Source: Gemmatimonadaceae bacterium (GTDB lineage: Bacteria > Gemmatimonadota > Gemmatimonadetes > Gemmatimonadales > Gemmatimonadaceae). From it: DNA of 64,000 nucleotides. A program made the position numbers and the translations under genes. This document shows, in pieces, positions 58,990 to 64,000 of the stretch. Location of the stretch: positions 96,001 through 160,000 of the forward strand of contig JBJMOW010000002.1 in the NCBI GenBank assembly GCA_045803545.1, in the 5' to 3' direction. Numbering within the stretch: the stretch's first letter is position 1; each line of letters opens with the position of its first letter. The notes beneath the pieces were generated by a model. It saw nothing but the letters and a program-made list of their open reading frames with translations, searched no databases and was not told the DNA's origin.

Positions 58990-60711
58990 ATGTTGAGAAG
59001 AAGTTGGACCGTCTGCGCGATGACGGCCTTACTCCTCGGCGGAACGGCGGCAGCACAGTCGCCCGGTACGTTGCTGGTGGGAGGCTTCGTTTCGTGGACG
59101 CACTTCGATAGCAAATGGGGGCTGGACACCGGCTTTGGCAATTCCATCGGTTACGGCGGACGTGTTGGTGCGTTCATCGCGCCAAACTGGAATCTCGAAG
59201 CCGACGGCCAATACATCCCCGCCCAAGCGGCGACTGGCACTGACTACGCGGGCCTTGGCGTCCCGGGTGGAGATGTCAAAGGAAGCAACCTTTCTGCGCG
59301 TCTGGTTTACAGCTTTCCGCTCGGCAACCTCCCGTCGATCCACATCGGAGCCGGTGGAGTTCTCCAGAACTTCCGCGGTGCTGAGAATGCTGGCGGCGCG
59401 ACCTATCAGTTCGGTGCCAACGGCCTCGCGGGATTCAACCTCGGGTTCGGTGGTGTCTCGCTGCGTGTAGATGGTTTGCTGAACTACTTCCCATCGAACG
59501 GTGGCAAGTTCGATTTCGGCGCTCAGGCGGGTTTGCAGATCTCGCCTGACCTGCGCAACCTGTTTGGCGGCGGTGCGACTTCGAATCCAGTCATGTATGC
59601 ACCGTACCAGTGGTGGGATGAGATGGATGCTCCGCTTCCCGGAACCGTTGAACTCGGCGGGTTCGTGCAGTGGACATGGTTCGATGACAACGCCGGCAGT
59701 GAGGGACGTGCAATCGCAGAAGACGGCCTCGGTTACGGCGGTCGCCTCGGTGTTTTCCTCTCTGACCCACGTTGGGAACTCGAAGGCGACGGCTACTACT
59801 CGCCGCAGAGCAACGAGTTCGCGAGCCAGGTCGGCGCTCCGACCGACGTCAATGCGCATGCTTTCGCGATGCGCCTGAATTACAACTTCCCGTTCCGTTT
59901 CCTGACGAGCCGGCAGAGCCAGTTCATCATCGGTGCGGGTGGCGTTCGCACGAGCTACAAGTTCAAGGGCGGAATCACCCCACCTGAGGACAGCTACAGC
60001 TACAACTACGGCGCCAGCGGTCTCGTTGGTCTGCGTCTTGGCATCGCCAATCGTACGGCACTTCGTATCGATGGCGTGGTCGACTACATGCCGACTCACG
60101 ATCCCGATGCGAACATGAACCTTCACGTTCGCGGTGGATTGAGCTTCCTGTTGGGTGGTGCGCGTCCGGAGGTTATGTGCACGTACGCCGGCCTCGAGAG
60201 CATTCCAGCTTCGAGTCCGAACTGCGTCGCTCCGCCCCCGCCGCCTCCGCCACCACCGCCGCCGGCAATGTGCCAGTACAACTCGGCCATTACGGCTACC
60301 GATCCGGCATGCGTGCCGCCGCAGGCATTGGTCGACACGACCAAGATCACTGGCCCGATCTACTTCGACTTCGACAAGTCGACGATCAGACCGGATGCGG
60401 CTGCAACACTCGACGCGAAGATTCCATGGCTGCAGGCTAACCCGGGAATGCGGATTCGTATCGAGGGTAACGCTGACGAGCGTGGATCCGATGAGTACAA
60501 CCTGGCCCTCGGCCAGCGCCGCGCGGCAAGCGCCAAGCGGTACCTCGTCGACCACGGCATTGCAGCAGATCGCTTCGACCTCGTGTCGTACGGCGAGGAG
60601 CGCCCGGTTTGCACCGAGCACAACGAAGCCTGCTGGCAGCAGAACCGCCGCGATGACTTCCGTATCGTGACGATCGGCAGCGACAGGATCGTAGTACCAC
60701 CGCAGGAATAA
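58990..60711 (+). CDS. OmpA-family protein with two beta-barrel repeats and a Pal-like peptidoglycan-binding domain
   Basis: Signal peptide, duplicated barrel motifs, IYFDFDKS, EGNADERG..EYN.ALG.RRA, SYGEERP, NRR. Confidence 0.9.
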   Translation: MLRRSWTVCAMTALLLGGTAAAQSPGTLLVGGFVSWTHFDSKWGLDTGFGNSIGYGGRVGAFIAPNWNLEADGQYIPAQAATGTDYAGLGVPGGDVKGSNLSARLVYSFPLGNLPSIHIGAGGVLQNFRGAENAGGATYQFGANGLAGFNLGFGGVSLRVDGLLNYFPSNGGKFDFGAQAGLQISPDLRNLFGGGATSNPVMYAPYQWWDEMDAPLPGTVELGGFVQWTWFDDNAGSEGRAIAEDGLGYGGRLGVFLSDPRWELEGDGYYSPQSNEFASQVGAPTDVNAHAFAMRLNYNFPFRFLTSRQSQFIIGAGGVRTSYKFKGGITPPEDSYSYNYGASGLVGLRLGIANRTALRIDGVVDYMPTHDPDANMNLHVRGGLSFLLGGARPEVMCTYAGLESIPASSPNCVAPPPPPPPPPPPAMCQYNSAITATDPACVPPQALVDTTKITGPIYFDFDKSTIRPDAAATLDAKIPWLQANPGMRIRIEGNADERGSDEYNLALGQRRAASAKRYLVDHGIAADRFDLVSYGEERPVCTEHNEACWQQNRRDDFRIVTIGSDRIVVPPQE

Positions 60712-60760
60712 GCACCTTTCCTTGACCAGCCTCCCTTCCCGGGAGGCCTGGTCGGGGGAC

Positions 60761-60797
60761 AGAAGGCGGGGCATTCGAAAGGATGCCCCGCCTTTCT
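60761..60797. terminator. Terminator-like hairpin between convergent genes, preceded by a second hairpin at 60724-60753
   Basis: agaaggcggggcattc-gaaa-ggatgccccgcctttct. Confidence 0.75.
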
Positions 60798-60859
60798 GCG
60801 TCTCTGAGGGCCGCGGATTCTATGCTATCAGCTACTGGCGAAGTGGTTCGCTGTTGTCC

Positions 60860-62398
60860 TCAGCTCGCAGCAGGGCCATCGATCTTGTGCGTAATCGGCC
60901 GGTAGCGCAGCGCCTCCGCGATGTGCGCCGACGCGACAGACGTTGACACCTCAAGATCGGCAATCGTGCGCGCGACTTTCAACACTCGATGATAGCCGCG
61001 CGCCGATAAACCAAGGCGCTCGGCGGCAGTTTGCAGCAGCGCGCGCGCATCGGCGTCGATTTCGCCGCTGGCGTCGAGCCAGCGCCCGCTCGCAAATGCG
61101 TTGCAGGACACACCTGGCATTTTGCGATACCGCTTGTGTTGTCGCTCTCGCGCGCTCTCAACTCGCGTGCGGATCGTGGCCGACGCTTCGCTTCCGTTCT
61201 TTGCACTGAGATCTCGCAGCGCTACCGCGCCGACTGTCACGTGCATATCGATGCGGTCGCTCAATGGACCCGATATACGACCGGCGTACGACTCGATGTC
61301 TACGCTCGAGCAAGTGCACGTGCCCGTTGGATCACCAGCGCGACCACATGGACAGGGGTTCGTCGCGCCAATCAGCGTAAACCGCGCGGGGAATGCTACG
61401 GCTTGTGCCGCGCGCGCAATCACCACGCGCGCGTCCTCGAGCGGCTGCCTGAGACCATCAAGTACGTGTCGTGGGAACTCGAGCATCTCATCGAGAAACA
61501 GCACGCCATGATGAGCGAGGCTGACTTCACCCGGTCGGGGAATCGAGCCACCGCCAATCAGGCCCGCAGTCGAGATCGTATGGTGCGGTGCGCGGAACGG
61601 CCGCGCCGCGTGGCTCACACCGTTTTGCCCGAGCAAACCGGCAACTGAGTGTATCGCGATCACCTCGAGTGCCTCGTCCTCACGCAGCTCGGGGAGAATC
61701 GTCGGAATTCGTCGGGCCAGCATCGTCTTACCGGCTCCCGGCGGCCCGACCAGAAGCACATTGTGTCCGCCGGCTGCGGCAACCTCCAAGGCGCGCTTTG
61801 CAGAATGCTGTCCGACTACCTCCGAAAAATCCGCACTCGGCGTCGCCTCCTCAGGTGTTTGGATCCCGGAGCGCGCTCGCGTCAGTGCGCCGCCATGTAA
61901 CTCTGCCACCAGCTCGTATAACATGCGCGGCGCGCTCAGGCAAAGCGCACTTACGCGCGCTGCTTCCGCGACATTCGCGCGAGGGAGAACTAGTGTTGAG
62001 ACGCCGACCCGGTGCGCGTGACGAGCGACGGAGAGCGCGCCGCGCACTGTCCTGATCTCGCCGTCGAGGCCGAGCTCACCGACGAACATTAGCCGCTCGA
62101 TCGACTCGGTCGCGAGTTGTCCTGTCGCTGCGAGAATGCCGATCGCGATTGGCAAATCGAATGCGGTGCCGTCTTTCCGCATGTCGGCAGGGGCGAGATT
62201 AACAGTGATGCGACGCGGGGGAACTTTGAAACCGGAGTTGATGAGCGCCGCTCCGACACGCTCGCGACTTTCCTTTACCGCGCTCGTCGCAAGACCGACG
62301 ATGGTCCACTGGGGTAGTCCCTGCGCCGCGTCGACCTCGACGATGACCTCATACGCATCGATACCGACCAGCGCGGCAGATCTGACAGCGGCGAGCAC
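60860..62398 (-). CDS. comM: YifB/ComM Mg-chelatase-like AAA ATPase
   Basis: VKESRERV, NLAPAD..K.G..FDLPIA, GPPGAGKT, RPFRAPHH, LFLDE, NPCPCG, LSARG. GTG start at 62398 inferred. Confidence 0.93.
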   Translation of the reverse strand: MLAAVRSAALVGIDAYEVIVEVDAAQGLPQWTIVGLATSAVKESRERVGAALINSGFKVPPRRITVNLAPADMRKDGTAFDLPIAIGILAATGQLATESIERLMFVGELGLDGEIRTVRGALSVARHAHRVGVSTLVLPRANVAEAARVSALCLSAPRMLYELVAELHGGALTRARSGIQTPEEATPSADFSEVVGQHSAKRALEVAAAGGHNVLLVGPPGAGKTMLARRIPTILPELREDEALEVIAIHSVAGLLGQNGVSHAARPFRAPHHTISTAGLIGGGSIPRPGEVSLAHHGVLFLDEMLEFPRHVLDGLRQPLEDARVVIARAAQAVAFPARFTLIGATNPCPCGRAGDPTGTCTCSSVDIESYAGRISGPLSDRIDMHVTVGAVALRDLSAKNGSEASATIRTRVESARERQHKRYRKMPGVSCNAFASGRWLDASGEIDADARALLQTAAERLGLSARGYHRVLKVARTIADLEVSTSVASAHIAEALRYRPITHKIDGPAAS

Positions 62399-62549
62399 TA
62401 GCCATCCTACTCCGCGGAGACTCACCGGCGCGGTACCGAAATGGCGCGAGTAAAAACGATCTCGCGCGGGGCTCGCGGCGCCAGCACTCAACTGCCGCGG
62501 TGCGTAAGTCTTGCAGCAGCAGCAGAAGAATCTTAGGAGCCGTTCACTA

Positions 62550-64000
62550 ATGCAGTTTCGATTGATAATCGCTGGCGCGCTGGCGCTCTCGACGCCCGTG
62601 TTAGCGCGTGGTCAGGTCGGATCGACGACCGACATATTGATGGGCAGGATTAGCGGCGCTGACAGCCAGGCCGTCGCTGGTGCGCACATCGAAGCGACTT
62701 CGATGGAAACCGGTATCACCCGCACCAAGACCACCGACGCGGACGGACGTTATACGATCGTGTTTCCTGACGGTGGCGGAAACTATCGCCTGACGGTGCG
62801 CGCTATCGGGATGGAGCCGCTCACCCGGACGGTCTCGCGACAAGGTGACGAGGATCGACTCATCACAGACATCACGATGGGCCGCAATGCGATTCAGCTC
62901 GCGACGGTACAGGTTCGAGCCAATCGGCAGCGCAACAATGATCAGCGACCGGAGCCGGGAAGCACGGAGCGGAATCTCAATCCAAACATGATCAATCGAC
63001 TGCCGGTCGATGCTGGCGATCTTACCGCTCTCGCCGCGCTGGCGCCCGGTGTGATTCAGGTCCCGGGAACTGACACCACCAAGGCGTCGTTCAACATTGC
63101 GGGGCAGCCGGCGAATCAGAACAGCATTACGCTGGATGGACTGTCATTCGGAGCGGGCAGCGTGCCGAGCGAAGCGGTTCGCGCCACGCGCGTCATAACC
63201 AGCACTTACGACGTCGCCCGTGGTCAGTTCACCGGCGGGCAAGTGGCGTCGACTACGCGCGGCGGCACCAACAACGTACAAGGCGCCTTCAGCTACTCGC
63301 ATCGCGATCCGAGTCTGGAGTTCGAGGATGATTCGAGCGCGGCGTTCGGCCAGAAATACAATCAAAACCAGATCAACGTTGGCGTCGGCGGACCGATCAT
63401 CAAGGACAAGCTGTTCACCTTCGGCGCGGTGAGCTTCTCGCGTCGCACAGATGCGCTCCTTTCATTATTGGCTGCCGATCCGCTGACTCTGGATCGACTC
63501 GGCACCAGTCCGGATTCAGTCGCGCGATTCCTCGCCATTGTGCAACGCTACGGTTTGCCGCTCACGTCGCCACTCACACCAGACCAGCGTCTGAACGACA
63601 ATACCTCAGCCCTCGTTCGCGTCGACTACAACCTCGCGGAAGATCATTCGCTGATGCTGCGCGGTGACTGGCGCGGTAATACTCAGCTCGGCGCTCGCCT
63701 GAACGCTCTGGCGCTGCCGCACACTGGCGGCGACCTGAAAGGATCGGGTGGCGGTGGGATGCTGACTCTCACGTCGCATTTCGGGATGTACATCAATGAG
63801 CTCCGTGGCTATCGCTCGGTCGACAATCGCAACACCAGCGGGTATCTGACCGCGCCAGACGGGCGCGTGGTCGTGTCATCGATTCTCGACAACGGAGCGA
63901 GCGCGATTTCAACGCTGCAGTTCGGCGGGAATCCATCACTGCCGCAAGAAACGAGGTCTACTTTGCTCGAGGTCGGCGATGAGATCTCTCGACTCAGCAC
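62550..64000 (+). CDS. TonB-dependent-receptor-like protein with carboxypeptidase-regulatory-like N-domain (3' partial; absent from the ORF track)
   Basis: MQFRLIIAGALAL signal, TDADGRY, plug-like region LAPGV...NSITLDG...GQFTGG.V...TRGGTN, GGPIIKDKLF. Open to the window end. Confidence 0.85.
   Translation, partial: MQFRLIIAGALALSTPVLARGQVGSTTDILMGRISGADSQAVAGAHIEATSMETGITRTKTTDADGRYTIVFPDGGGNYRLTVRAIGMEPLTRTVSRQGDEDRLITDITMGRNAIQLATVQVRANRQRNNDQRPEPGSTERNLNPNMINRLPVDAGDLTALAALAPGVIQVPGTDTTKASFNIAGQPANQNSITLDGLSFGAGSVPSEAVRATRVITSTYDVARGQFTGGQVASTTRGGTNNVQGAFSYSHRDPSLEFEDDSSAAFGQKYNQNQINVGVGGPIIKDKLFTFGAVSFSRRTDALLSLLAADPLTLDRLGTSPDSVARFLAIVQRYGLPLTSPLTPDQRLNDNTSALVRVDYNLAEDHSLMLRGDWRGNTQLGARLNALALPHTGGDLKGSGGGGMLTLTSHFGMYINELRGYRSVDNRNTSGYLTAPDGRVVVSSILDNGASAISTLQFGGNPSLPQETRSTLLEVGDEISRLS

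Noticed and set aside
59029..60774. 581 aa antisense ORF, and many other long overlapping ORFs such as 53755-55170 and 4529-5452
   Set aside because: Shadows of real genes in GC-rich, codon-biased DNA, with no recognisable motifs.

Overview
GC-rich bacterial chromosomal segment with dense, mostly core genes. Gene content and order suggest Gemmatimonadota; this is an inference. In order it holds: ggt; a peptidoglycan-recycling operon (murQ-anmK-nagZ-ampG); a PP2C phosphatase; an amidase coupled to an unusual metallopeptidase/beta-propeller/Omp85-like protein; a class II ribonucleotide reductase; a tal-pyk-MBL-pgi-fba operon running into a HisKA-only protein and a sigma54 activator; SRP RNA-dnaX-ybaB-recR-mglBA-pgsA-cinA-grpE-dnaJ; a GH20/DUF1080 pair; a long minus-strand run (TolC, MFP, ABC ATPase, four MacB-type permeases, bshB1, kynA, iscS, mnmA); a histidine kinase coupled to a tandem pseudokinase-kinase; a double-barrel OmpA with a sigma54-type promoter; comM; and the start of a TonB-dependent-receptor-like gene. 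I saw no CRISPR array, tRNA, rRNA, transposase or prophage. The strongest leads are the amidase plus peptidase-Omp85 module beside the recycling operon, long intergenic hairpins built from 7-nt periodic repeats, a ChpT-like phosphotransfer candidate, an A-B-A'-B' permease duplication and a CTG start codon. All calls come from motif recognition by eye, with no database searches.
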